Source: Marsupella aquatica (taxonomy: Eukaryota; Plantae; Marchantiophyta). Taken from it: a stretch of 64,000 bases of DNA. A model generated the notes under the pieces. It made no database searches and was not told the DNA's origin. It worked only from the letters and a program-made list of their open reading frames with translations. The stretch is taken from positions 15,345,037-15,409,036 of the forward strand of contig OZ316891.1 in the NCBI GenBank assembly GCA_973895155.1, read 5' to 3'. The position numbers and the translations under genes are program-made. Within the stretch, counting starts at the first letter, position 1. The number at the start of each line of letters is the position of its first letter. Of the stretch, positions 53,270-64,000 are shown in pieces.

Positions 53270-54125
53270 TGTCTTCGTCCTCTAACAGAACCAGTCAATG
53301 AGAGAGCAACCTCAGACGCGACTGGTCGCGTCAACTGAACCTAAACAACTATATCCACTGAACCTTATGTGGAGATTTGGATATGGTACGCGCTCAGTAA
53401 ATCTATCCAGTTTCCTTCTCACACGCGACTGGTCGCGTCAACTGGTCCTAAAAGGAACCTTACCTCCTCTAACAGAACCAGTCAATGAGAGATCTACGTC
53501 AGACGCGACTAGTCACGTCAACTGGTCCTAAAAGGAACCTTACCTCCTCTAACAGAACCAATCAATGAGAGAGCTACCTTAGACGCGACTGGTCGCGTCA
53601 ACTGAACCTAAACAACTATATCCATTGAACCTTTCTTGTGGAGATTTGGATATGGTACGCGCTCAGTAAATCTATCCAGTTTCCTTCTCACACGCGACTG
53701 GTCGCGTCAACTCGTCCTAAAAGGAACCTTATCTCCTCTAACGGAACCAGTCAATGAGAGAGCTACCTCAGACACAACTGGTCGCGTCAGCTGAACCTAA
53801 AGAACTATATCCACTGAACCTTATGTGGAGATTTGGATATGGTACGCGCTCAGTAAATCTATCCAGTTTCCTTCTCACACGCGACTGGTCCTAAAAGGAA
53901 CCTTACCTCCTCTAACAGAACCAATCAATGAGAGAGCTACCTGACGCGACTGGTCGCGTCAACTAAACCTAAACAACTATATCCACTGAACCTTCCTTGT
54001 GGAGATTTGGATATGGTACGCGCTCAGTAAATCTATCCAGTTTCCTTCTCACACACGACTGGTCGCGTCAACTGGTCCTAAAAGAAACCTCATAGTATTT
54101 TCACGCGACTGGTCGCGTCAACAGC
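53270..54125. repeat. Compound tandem repeat (about 80-250 bp sub-units) rich in the ACGCGACTGGTCGCGT palindrome
   Basis: The block GTGGAGATTTGGATATGGTACGCGCTCAGTAAATCTATCCAGTTTCC occurs 4 times and CCTCTAAC(A)GAACCA(G/A)TCAATGAGAGA about 5 times. Confidence 0.95.
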
Positions 54126-55216
54126 TCAAACAACTTTTGGACAATAGGAGAATACAGTGATACAACTATGATTGCTGACCCGTACGGACAAGGAAATCCG
54201 AGTAAGCATGATTTCATTCATTTGTATTCATTCATTTGTATTCATTCATGAACTTTACAATAATTCAGATGTTTGAGCTCTGTCATTGTGAAACTATTAT
54301 ATATCAGAAGTTTAGAGAATGATCCAGCTAAGATGATTCAATTTAGCAGTCTACTGGTTGTATTCATCAATTAAAGGATTCAGTGTAATGAGATTCACAT
54401 AACATGAGAGTTTATATGATTAAATTCACAGCGGGCAAGTTTGTAATGACTTACTTAAGATAATTCAGGTTGTATTTTAATTAGTGAGTTTGTATGATTC
54501 ACACATATTTGAGTTTACAAACAAACCGCGTTATGAAAACTGTGCTTAACAATCAACAAAAATTTTAGCAAACCACAATCAACACCAGCAGAAAATGTAG
54601 AAATTACACCTGAATTCTGAAAAATTGATGTAATCGTCTGAGAGATTGACATCCAAGCACTTGAAGACCTTGCTGCGGCATTCCAGAAAGTAAATATAAG
54701 ATTGAAGATATTAATATGCTAAGCAACAACAACACAGCTTCTATACTTCTATACATAGAGCTTCGCTGCCACCAATTGAATAACATGTGCTTAATGCTAA
54801 GGAGCTCATTATGTCGAGTTAAAAAGACTCTTTTAGAAGTACAATCAAAGCTGTGGATAGGCAAACTGAGCATGAATAAAAGCGCACTAAACCTGAAGAT
54901 TCAAAGAGGTGAAACAAACCTGAATGTTGAATGGAAGGAGCTAAAACAAGCTGCCAAAAAGTAGTTTGAGCTGCTGAAACATGTTGATCAAGCTGATATG
55001 AGCTTAAAATTGGCTGACACGAGCTGATACAAGCACTCCCAAAAAGCTAGCTACAACGAACTAGCAAACTAGAAGTGAATACGAGCTGTAAATGCAAGCT
55101 GCAATGCGCCAACGAGCTCCTAGTCGAAACGATGGACAACTACTAAGAGCTGCAACGCGCCGACAAGCACCTGACCACAATGAACGAGTTGCAACGACAA
55201 AAATGAAATCCAGGGC

Positions 55217-55290
55217 AGGAGCGAGAGCGAGAGCGAGAGCGAGAGCGAGAGCAAGAGCAAGAGCGAGAGTGAGAGCGAGAGCGACGAGAG
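55217..55290 (+). repeat. (GCGAGA)n microsatellite
   Basis: About 10 imperfect hexamer units. Confidence 0.9.
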
Positions 55291-56714
55291 CAGGCGTGCA
55301 AAAGTCTAGGGAGCGAGAAACAACAACAATGAACAATGAACTCGAGACCGTGGGCGCCGACACTAAGGAAGGACTAATTAGGGTATTGTTTTAGCATAAC
55401 CCTAATAACAGCCTAGCGACATTAAGGTTCCAGATGATCTCCGTACACTCCACCATCGACTGAACAAACTATGCAATCGTGAAAAAAAGATTACCGGATT
55501 TTTTGATTTTCCGTACTAAAGAAGATTTCTATTTGATCGCCAATTTGAAATTTAAACCGGTAATTATGCAACTGCGAAAGATTGTTAGTGGGGACCCCCG
55601 GATCCGGATCCGTATCTTCACTATATCTGCCAATTCAAATCCAAAATGTGAACGGACGACAACTTTCTCATGATCGTTCCATCACGTAGTGGAGGCAAAC
55701 TTTGAAATCATTCCATTTTGGTAGTGGAGACCGTCGGATCCGGATCCGTACTCCACTCTCTATCTTGCCAATTCAAAACCTTACTCTAAACGACGTAAAA
55801 CGATTCTCATGGTCGGGGAGAACCGATATTCAAAATCAATCCTGTACAATGATTCTCACGACTGGAGACTCAACCAATTTTCAAAATCAAAATCGAGTCC
55901 AAATGAACACATCCTCCATGGAGTCAATAGACTGATCTCATTGCTCACGGATCATTCTTCATTTTCAGTTTCTCCTGACCAGGATACCAGCTAGGCTCTC
56001 AACGGAGGCTGATCCAAGGCACATTTGAGGTGGAGCAGATTGGATCATTCGACTATTCCAGTCAGAGGCGGAGCTCATTCAAGCAACGCTGGCGCAGTTC
56101 TTGTTGTATCACCTTCAATCTTGGGGAGAGCACATCCGATCAAGCGGGAGAGTTGCGACGAAGCGAGACGACAAAGATTTAGAACCTCCATAGTCTGCCT
56201 CATTCATCGAAGCATTCTAGCGGACCAACAAAGAGCGGCTATTCTGAAATCACTGTCTGGTCGAGGATTTTGATCTTGATACGATCAACAAGTTGTCATT
56301 CTCTGGTGGTGGGATTCGGTCACGATACTCAAGGAAATTGGAGTTCGAAGGAGGAGGCTTAGTTGGCTGGGATGAGGAGGAGGCTACGCTGGAAGGAAGA
56401 GGCTTGGCTGGGAGGAGGGTTTCCGCCAACATCGGAGGGTTGCCGCCAACATTGCTGAGACCACACACAACTGAATAACTTGTAAGTATCAATCAGCATT
56501 AATTCCGCAATAAATGAGGAGAGTAGTTGCCTTAAATCATGCATTCAATGCATGAATTGAGTCAATGAACTTATGGTCCAATTTCTCACTCCGATTTTGA
56601 TCAATCCGTGTTTCAAGTCCAATACAGAAGCAATGTATAAGAAGTACTAGTAGAGGATCCGAATGAATTCTCTAGTCTAAAATTGTATGGCGTACGCGTA
56701 TAGTTGTCCGTACG

Positions 56715-58170
56715 TTTTGCTATTGTTTATTGTAGTCGACGGCCTAGCAAAACGAAACGTAATCGAGGTCCATTTTTCAGATCTTCCTGATCTCAACTTG
56801 TTAGTAGGATGACCTATTTTTTGGTTACACATGTAGTTCGTCACGCGCACAGTCACGTGAACCAATTTATCTCGTGTCTTTTGATATTGTTTATTGTAGT
56901 CGATAGCCTATCAAATTGGCCAGCAATCTATTTTAAAACCAACGTCTTTGTTTCATCACGCGCACGGTCGCGTTAATGTTTTAGAGGTCAGCGAAAGCTC
57001 TGCACTCTTAGACGTAATCGCCCCTTTATTTCTCAGATCTTCCTGATCTCAACTTGTTAGTAGGATGACCTATTTTTTGGTTACACATGTTATTCGTCAT
57101 GCGCACAGTCGCATGAACCAATTTATCTCGTGTCTTTTGATATTGTTTATTGTAGTCGATAGCCTAACGAATTGGCCAGCAATCTATTTTAAAACCAACG
57201 TCTTCGTTTCATCACGCGCACGGTCGTGTTAATGTTTTAGAGGTCAGCGAAATCTCTGCACTCTTAGACATAATCGCCCTTTATTTCTCAGATCTTCCTG
57301 ATCTCAACTTGTTAGTAGGATGACCTGTTTTTTGGTTATACATGTAGTTCATCACGCGCACAGTCGCATGAACCAATTTATCTCGTGTCTTTTGATATTG
57401 TTTATTGTAGTCGATAGCCTAGAAAATTGGCCAGAAATCTATTTTGAAACCGAGTTCTGATTCACGCGGCCGGTCGCGTTAATGTTTTAGAGGTCAGCGA
57501 AAGCTCTGCACTCTTAGACGTAATCGCCCTTTATTTCTCAGATCTTTCTGATCTCAACTTGTTAGTAGGATGACCTGTTTTTTGGGTTACACATGTAGTT
57601 CATCATGCGCACAGTCGCGTGAACCAATTTATCTTGATATTGTTTATTGTAGTCGACTGCCCAGCGAATTGGCCAGAAATATATTTTAAAACCGAGGTCT
57701 TCGTTTCATCACGCGCCCGGTCGCGTTAATGTTTTAGAGGTCAGCGAAAGCTCTGCACTCTTAGACGTAATCGCCCTTTATTTCTCAGATCTTTCTGATC
57801 TCAACTTGTTAGTAGGATGACCTGTTTTTTGGGTTACACATGTAGTTCATCACGCGCACAGTCGCGTGAACCAATTTATCTTGATATTGTTTATTGTAGT
57901 CGACTGCCCAGCGAATTGGCCAGAAATATATTTTAAAACCGAGGTCTTCGTTTCATCACGCGCCCGGTCGCGTTAATGTTTTAGAGGTCAGCGAAAGCTC
58001 TGCACTCTTAGACGTAATCACCCTTTATTTCTCAGATCTGCCTGATCTCAACTTGTTAGTAGGATGACCTGTTTTTGGTTACACATGTAGTTCATCACGC
58101 GCATAGTCGCGTGAACCAATTTATCGCAGGTCTTTTTGATATTGTTTATTGTAGTCGACAGCCTAGCAAA
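56715..58170. repeat. Tandem array of about 6 units of 240-256 bp, each with two ACGCG-N6-CGCGT variants
   Basis: GATATTGTTTATTGTAGTCGA recurs at about 56883, 57139, 57394, 57636, 57883 and 58138. Confidence 0.96.
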
Positions 58171-58375
58171 TTGTCAGTCAGAGGAATCTCGATTTTTCCT
58201 TGATTGCAAAAATGGTTACATCGATCCCGAAGGACTTCGGATGTGGAATCCATATCCACTAGCACTATCCAGGAATTTAAGCTACATAGTATCTATAACA
58301 AGTTCTAACTTGAACTACTCTTGAATCTGTAGTTCTAATCTTCAACTACTCAAAATATTGTTGACTTCGATCGAG

Positions 58376-58918
58376 TCAGTCATTCCAAGATGAAGGCATC
58401 CACTCATCGGTGTCTGGTGTGGATTCCCTTGAATCCATAAATTCTTCCTTTGCCCAAGTCCTAACGTCCATAGATTTTCTCGGCTTTCTCTTTCTATAAT
58501 ACAAATCAGAATCTTTGTTCATCTCTAATTGCCTTTTCTTTGGTGCGTCCACTTTCTTGGCCTCCTTCTTGACTGTCTTAGCGTCTGCTGCTGCTTCCCC
58601 CGAAATGGATTTGACGCATGCTCTGGCCTTCAACTTCTCCCCCCTCAAAACAGATTCCACGAGGGCTTTGCCCTTTAACTTCTCCCCTGATGCCATCTTT
58701 GTAGTCATCTCTGTCGGATTGGTCTCCATCTGATCTTCCATCGACAAATGTGGTGAACAATGTTGTCTCTCACAAAACATTTGACCCGATTTAGTCACCA
58801 TAAATATTATATTACATCGTTGACACATTCTGTAAGGAGTACCATGAATTCGATACGTCGAACCTTCTTAATCGTCCGTCGGAACATCCTCATTCTTTGA
58901 GCTCAGCGGAGTAGTCAT
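58376..58918 (-). pseudogene. Small Cys- and Lys-rich protein of unknown function, one in-frame TAA at 58868-70
   Basis: MTTPLSSKNED...*...RMCQRC...FCERQHC, a basic stretch RKRKPRK and an acidic C-terminus DTDEWMPSSWND. It is oriented divergently from the transposase. Confidence 0.45.
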
Positions 58919-59279
58919 CGCCCTTCAAACAAGAGATGCTGACCGAGACTAAGAATTGGAAATGAGAGAGCTGATGTGCAAATAGATTATCCAGTAGCCA
59001 GAAAGTGGAATGCGTGGGGGAATGAGCAATAGGGATCATCTCAATGCTTTATACTGTTTAGTCTCCACTAGTCATTGTACATAGTGGTTTCTAGAAGAGG
59101 GTGCACGTTTGACTGGCGCGTATTAGAATTGGCGGGAAGTTCAGTTGTCCTCTAATTATGGCTTTAATTTCATGTTTGGCGACCGCCCCGGGAATACTGA
59201 TTGCTAGTGAAGTACTGAGATTTCTTATGAAGGTCAGTAGTTACGGACTGTCCGGTGTCCACTCATTGGTAAACTGGTA

Positions 59280-60000
59280 CTGTCCACTCATTTTTCCTGA
59301 GTGGAGTTGAAATGATTGTCGTAATCGATTGTAGTCGTTCTCATTCACTTGAAATGACTGACGGACCATGCATTATCTTTACCGGTATGTGTGATGCCTT
59401 TAGATCCATAATTGTATCTTCTTGTCTCGTGCGCAATCGTATCTTACTTATGAAGTACCAATTACGAGCTAGAGTTTGGGCCTAGCCTTCTAGCTTCTAC
59501 GTCGTAGACCCTGTACCCTCTGACTAAGGTCACGCAACATGCCTTTAGATCCATAATTGTATCTTCCTGTCTCACGCGAAATCGTATCTTACTTATGAAG
59601 TACCAAGTACAAGCTAGAGTTTTGGCCTAGCCTTCTAGCTTCTACGTCGTAGACCCTGTTATCCCTACACCCTCTGACTAAGGTCACGCGACTAGTCGCG
59701 TGCAGGGCAGTGCATTGACTACATTCTGCCTACTTATTGACGGTTGTGACAGGACAATGCAGTTCACGGATGTTTTACTGGCGCTTATTAGCACTATTGT
59801 CCTCAGTAGTTACTGACTGTCCACTCATTTGTTCTGAGTGGATGTAAAATGATTGATCGTAATCGATTGTGGTCATTCTCATTCATTTGACATGACTGAC
59901 GGACCATGCATAGTCTGTTTCCGGTATGTGTGGTACCTCTAGGGTCACGCGACCAGTCGCGTGCAGCGCAGTGCATTGACTACATTCTGCTTATTGACCG
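59280..60000. repeat. Duplicated blocks upstream of the transposase
   Basis: TGCCTTTAGATCCATAATTGTATC at about 59395 and 59540. TGTCCACTCATTT...CTGAGTGGA at about 59281 and 59818. GGTCACGCGAC(T/C)AGTCGCGTGCAG at about 59682 and 59943. Confidence 0.88.
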
Positions 60001-60089
60001 ACGTGACAGGACAGTGCGGTGAAATTGACGGACGTGACAGGACTGTACGCTTACAGTGATATTCTCTGATGTGCAGGATCATAATTATT

Positions 60090-63000
60090 ATGGTGACATC
60101 GACAGTCTGGATCAGGGAAGGCGGACAAGTTATTATAGGCATACGTGAGAAACAGGTTGGAAAAGGTCACGTGATAAGTCTTGATCCTTCCAGGGTTTGT
60201 CACAATGTTCCTCTTGGGGCGGACAGAGTTCTTCTTCTATTGGAGGAAGTTTTTGACGAGACCATTCTATGCGAAGATGGCAAACTTTTGAAGGACATGA
60301 TTGGGGGTTACCTTGTATGGGAAAGGAATCAGCTTTTTCGAGCTCCCATGGAATCGAAGGATGTGTTTGGCACTGTTGGTGATGATCAAGATCCAGTCAA
60401 TCAAAATTCTGATGGGAACAACCATAATGAGAGTCGGTCTGGTGTGGAAGTAGTTTTACCAAAGGCCTTGTGGATGGGCATGCCTGTAAAGGTGGTGGAT
60501 GAGAACAAGTTGATTTTTGCAGTGGCAACTATACATGTTCTAGATCCTATAGTCAAGCTTGGGGATGTCACCCTTGGGAATACACATGTGGGAATTCTGA
60601 TCAACAATTTTGTCGAGGGAGCTACCATAGATCATCTGAAGCATAGAGATTGCTTAAAAGCTTGGTCGATGGACCAACTCATTGCCAAGGATGGCAACTT
60701 GTTGTCTTTCCACAACATCAGGCAACCTGTGGGAGGGAACACATCTCCAGCAAGTGGTAAGCGGTCCTACGTCCATAAAAGTAGGAAAAGAAAGAGTCCA
60801 TCTTCCCAGACATCTAGAAGAGACACATCTTTGGCACGTCAAGATGTGTTGTTGATAAACACTAAGGATTGTTGTAGTGAACATTGTTGCCAATATTTGG
60901 ACCGCAACTTGGCTATGGCAATTAGGCAAAAATGGTGGTCAAAATCTTTTGCGGAGCGCAAGGAGGAGGAAATCAAGGCTATTAAAAATACAATACACTT
61001 GGGTATTGGAGAAAGGATTCTAGCAGTGGAGGGCAAAGTATTGTGCTTGGAGGCATGGAGAATCATTCATTCAAGAGGAAAGACTCAATTTTATGCCTTG
61101 AAGAAGACTGTGATGGCTGGAATGAACATAGGTACCCCTGGTAATGCTGGAAAAAGGCGTATGTCCGAGAAAGTATCTCAAGCGTTCATGTCAATGAAAG
61201 AGATTATTGAGGAGGCAGCTGATCATCATCCAGCCAAGTTGAGAACCATGGCAGATAATACAAGGATGGTTTTGAGGGAATTGCCAACAAATCTTACTTG
61301 GGAGAATATTAGAAACAGGGTTAATGTTGTCAACCAGGAGGCTGGTCTTCCTCCAATTTCCCAACCCACCTTGAGTCATCTACATCAGATGTATTTCAGG
61401 GAGTTCTCATGTCACAAAAAGGGAAACAACTTTTCAAAGTGTACAACTTGTAGTGAGTTGCTTCAATGGAAAGCAAACCTTACAGGAGCTAAGGAAGAGT
61501 TAGAGGGCCTAAGGCGTGACGAGGAGGAACATCACCAAGACCACACACAGCAAAGAATGTGCTATCATACCTGGAGATATGAGTCCATCCATCGTCCAAA
61601 GGAAGTGTTATGCCTTATTCATGATAAGATGGATCATTCAAAGACAGCTCTCCCAAGAATGCCCTTCAATCCTAAGCATGTGGATGGTGCCCAAAAGTTC
61701 CCAATTACTGTCACTGGTATCCTTACTCATGGTCATGGTCCCAAGGCCATAGCCCAATATCATGTTGGAGTGTGGCCAGGTGATGTCAACATCACTATTG
61801 GGTCAATTGATTCAATACTAAGGATGTTGGAAAACCCAAATCCAATGATCAAATCACTTGTGGAGGGGCCAGACTCGACAAGTCTTTTTAAAGACCTCCT
61901 TTTTGGGAGAGCAGATATCTTGGAGGCAAGTGTCCTTAGAGCATTTGAGGATGACATTGCCTACATCTCAAGCCTAGGTACTTTACTCACAATCCTTTAA
62001 TTTATTATTATTTAATAGTATAAGCTCACACACACTGACACTCTACTTTGTGTAGTTGTTGCTCCTCCTAGCCAAGGTTTCATTAATAGGGTTTAAACCC
62101 TAAACCCTAAATTGGGGTTTAGGGTCTGACTAGGGTTTTATTTAAAAGCATTCTGAGATTGTTACATTGTGATGCAGCACCTGAGGCACCGAAGTTCAGG
62201 CCCCTTCCACGAGTATTGAAGCTACAACTGGATAATTGTGCCTCAGACAACAAGAACAGATATATGATGGCTTATTTGTCATTGTTGACGGCAAGGGAGG
62301 TGTTTGAAGAGGTTCATCTTGGTTTTATGGTGGTTGGGCATACTCATGAGGACGTTGACGGTATGTTCGGGCATTTTTCAGAGTCTATGATGCATAACCC
62401 CACATACTCATTGCCTGAGTTAATGTCCTTGTTCATGAGAGCAAGGACACCCAATGCAGTCCCACATTTTCTATAGGAGGTCCCAGATTTCAAAAACTAC
62501 TTAGCTCCATTCATGTTGAAGGGCCCTGAGGCATTGGTGGGGCATTTAAAACCCAGGCTGTTTAGGTTCTATGTTCGTCATGATAGTATGCCATGCTTCC
62601 AATACAAAATGAAGTCAACTGATCAGGGATGGTTACCCAAGGAAGGTATTGAAATGTGGTCATGGAAAGATGACAAAAGTCCTCACATCCCAATTGGGGT
62701 GCCCAAACGGCTACCAATGATGGAGTTGAAAATGCTTCCTGAAGTGCTGACAGGGTTGAAGAAGCATGTGTCATTCTTTGAGTTTATTCTAAAGCGAACA
62801 AAAGAGGAAGAACCAAAGTGACGTTGGACAACTCTCATCAATTATTGGAATGACATTGTAGATACTCTACAGGGTGAGCAGGTGCAATATGAACCTGAAG
62901 GTGCACACAACTTGGAATACGGGTTTTGGCCTTTATCAATATGGAGAGAGCACGTTCCACCAGAATATCGAAATGTGGCATGTGAGTTGGAGGCAACAGT

Positions 63001-63466
63001 GGATTATGTGGGACCAGCAAAAGATAAACCTCCTGAGAGTTTTAACCCTAGGGTTGATGTTGTGAAGGGCTGTTATGTGTTGGTACGGCCGGACGACTCA
63101 CACCTGGATGTTTATCCCGTCCATATGGGGTTAGTTGTTACAGATGTGGTAGAAGGACCAGTGAATGAACAAAACCTTCTTACTCATGTATGTGGCGTTG
63201 AGTGGTTTAGACCATTTATGGCAAAGAAGCAACGTGGTCAATCAGACTGGCAGCCAAGAGAGCGGTGGGCAGATTCTTGGGATAAGAAATGGGAACGTGA
63301 TCCATCTCCAATATACAAGGAAGCTGAGACAATAGATGTTTCCTCTGCCTTGTGGTGTTTCAAAGCACGCAAAGGACCAGTGACAGGGCTGGTAGGAATT
63401 CCAAAGAATGTTGCTGTCAAGGCAAGAGACTATCTCTTGACATGCATAGCAAGTGACAAATCCTAG
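60090..63466 (+). pseudogene. Sola1-like / DUF7869-type RNase H-fold (DDD) transposase, spliced, with two in-frame stops
   Basis: Exons 60090-61977, 62056-62076 and 62178-63466, all phase 1 GT-AG. Motifs CCSEHCC, FSKCTTC, LCLIHDKMD, LKLQLDNCASDNKNRY and GFMVVGHTHEDVDGMFG. Stops TAG at 62474-76 (HFL*EVPDFK) and TGA at 62819-21 are in frame. The superfamily assignment is from memory of the motifs. Confidence 0.8.
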
Positions 63467-63539
63467 ACAGTAATGAAGCATGTAGTTTAGCATATAGTTT
63501 AAAAGGCAACTCAGAATAGTAGTAGCCAGAGAACTCAAG

Positions 63540-64000
63540 TTTAGACAAGTCTTATCGTCTAAGTTAGTTAGTTGGTTAGTTTATTTAAGATATAATATTA
63601 GTTAGTGGGGCCTTAGTTTGGTGATATATATTAAGGCATGATATTATTGACATTCAAATGAATGTCCAGTAGACATTGTAATATACAACAATCCTATTAA
63701 TAAATAATAATTATAGTTACACCCTCAAGTGAACTCAACTTTCAATGATTTATGATTTTATATGGTTCCATGCCTGATTGAGTCAAAGCAATAGAAACTA
63801 ACTAATTAAAGGGTGATACTATAATTGTAGGTCACGCACCCTGGTGCGTGTCAATCTTTTTTGTATTCAACCTATAGTAATTAAATAGACAAGTTAGTTA
63901 GTTGGTTAGTTTATTTAAGATATAATATTAGTTAGTGGGCCCTTAGTTTGGTGATATTAAGGCATGATATTATTGACATTCAAATGAATGTCCAGTAGAC
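63540..64000. repeat. AT-rich direct repeat downstream of the transposase
   Basis: AAGTTAGTTAGTTGGTTAGTTTATTTAAGATATAATATTAG...GAATGTCCAGTAGAC occurs at about 63561-63675 and again at about 63891-64000. Confidence 0.85.

Larger units (their letters stand above)
41060..64000. mobile_element. Putative giant cargo-carrying DNA transposon (at least 23 kb; right end not in the window)
   Basis: It begins where the Copia homology ends. It contains a DDD transposase, a cargo gene cluster, several tandem repeat arrays and a shared ACGCG-N6-CGCGT palindrome from 41135 to 63850. Termini and TSD are not confirmed. Confidence 0.7.

Noticed and set aside
55061-55394. ORFs with ARARAR / LALALA runs
   Set aside because: They arise from the (GCGAGA)n microsatellite and show no other coding signal.
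53270-58170. CRISPR-like appearance of palindromic repeats with intervening sequence
   Set aside because: The intervening sequences are themselves repeated rather than unique spacers, there are no cas genes, and the context is eukaryotic.
45354-62821. U-to-C RNA editing or an alternative genetic code as the explanation for in-frame stops
   Set aside because: Such editing is organellar. This is intron-containing nuclear DNA, all three stop types occur, and methylcytosine deamination is the simpler explanation.
41060-64000. Endogenous giant virus, Polinton or Helitron interpretation
   Set aside because: No capsid, polB, packaging ATPase, integrase or Rep/helicase motifs were seen, the genes have spliceosomal introns, and a DDD transposase is present.

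Overview
This is nuclear DNA from a plant with flagellated sperm, most likely a bryophyte such as a liverwort (inferred). From left to right it holds: the 3' part of an RDR3/4/5-type RNA-dependent RNA polymerase gene (+, 1-4039); Copia relics; a long, divergent axonemal inner-arm dynein heavy chain gene (-, about 5.7-32.9 kb); a full-length Ty1/Copia element with a 5-bp TSD (34577-40083); and the 3' end of a related Copia on the minus strand. That second Copia breaks off near 41.06 kb, where a block of at least 23 kb begins and runs off the window end. The block looks like a giant cargo-carrying DNA transposon. It encodes a Sola1-like/DUF7869-type DDD transposase (+) and, on the opposite strand, three F-box-like ORFs. 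It also encodes one spliced gene of about 2,050-2,500 aa that joins a ParB-like domain, a degenerate beta-class N4/N6 DNA methyltransferase-like domain, acidic and coiled-coil repeats, a Ulp1 (C48) protease with intact catalytic residues, and FCP1/SCP-type HAD phosphatase domains. A palindrome, ACGCG-N6-CGCGT, recurs about 30-35 times in the block's introns, spacers and tandem repeats. A non-autonomous CACTA element is nested in the large gene, and in-frame C-to-T stop codons suggest this copy is pseudogenised. All domain calls come from motif recognition by eye; no database searches were run.
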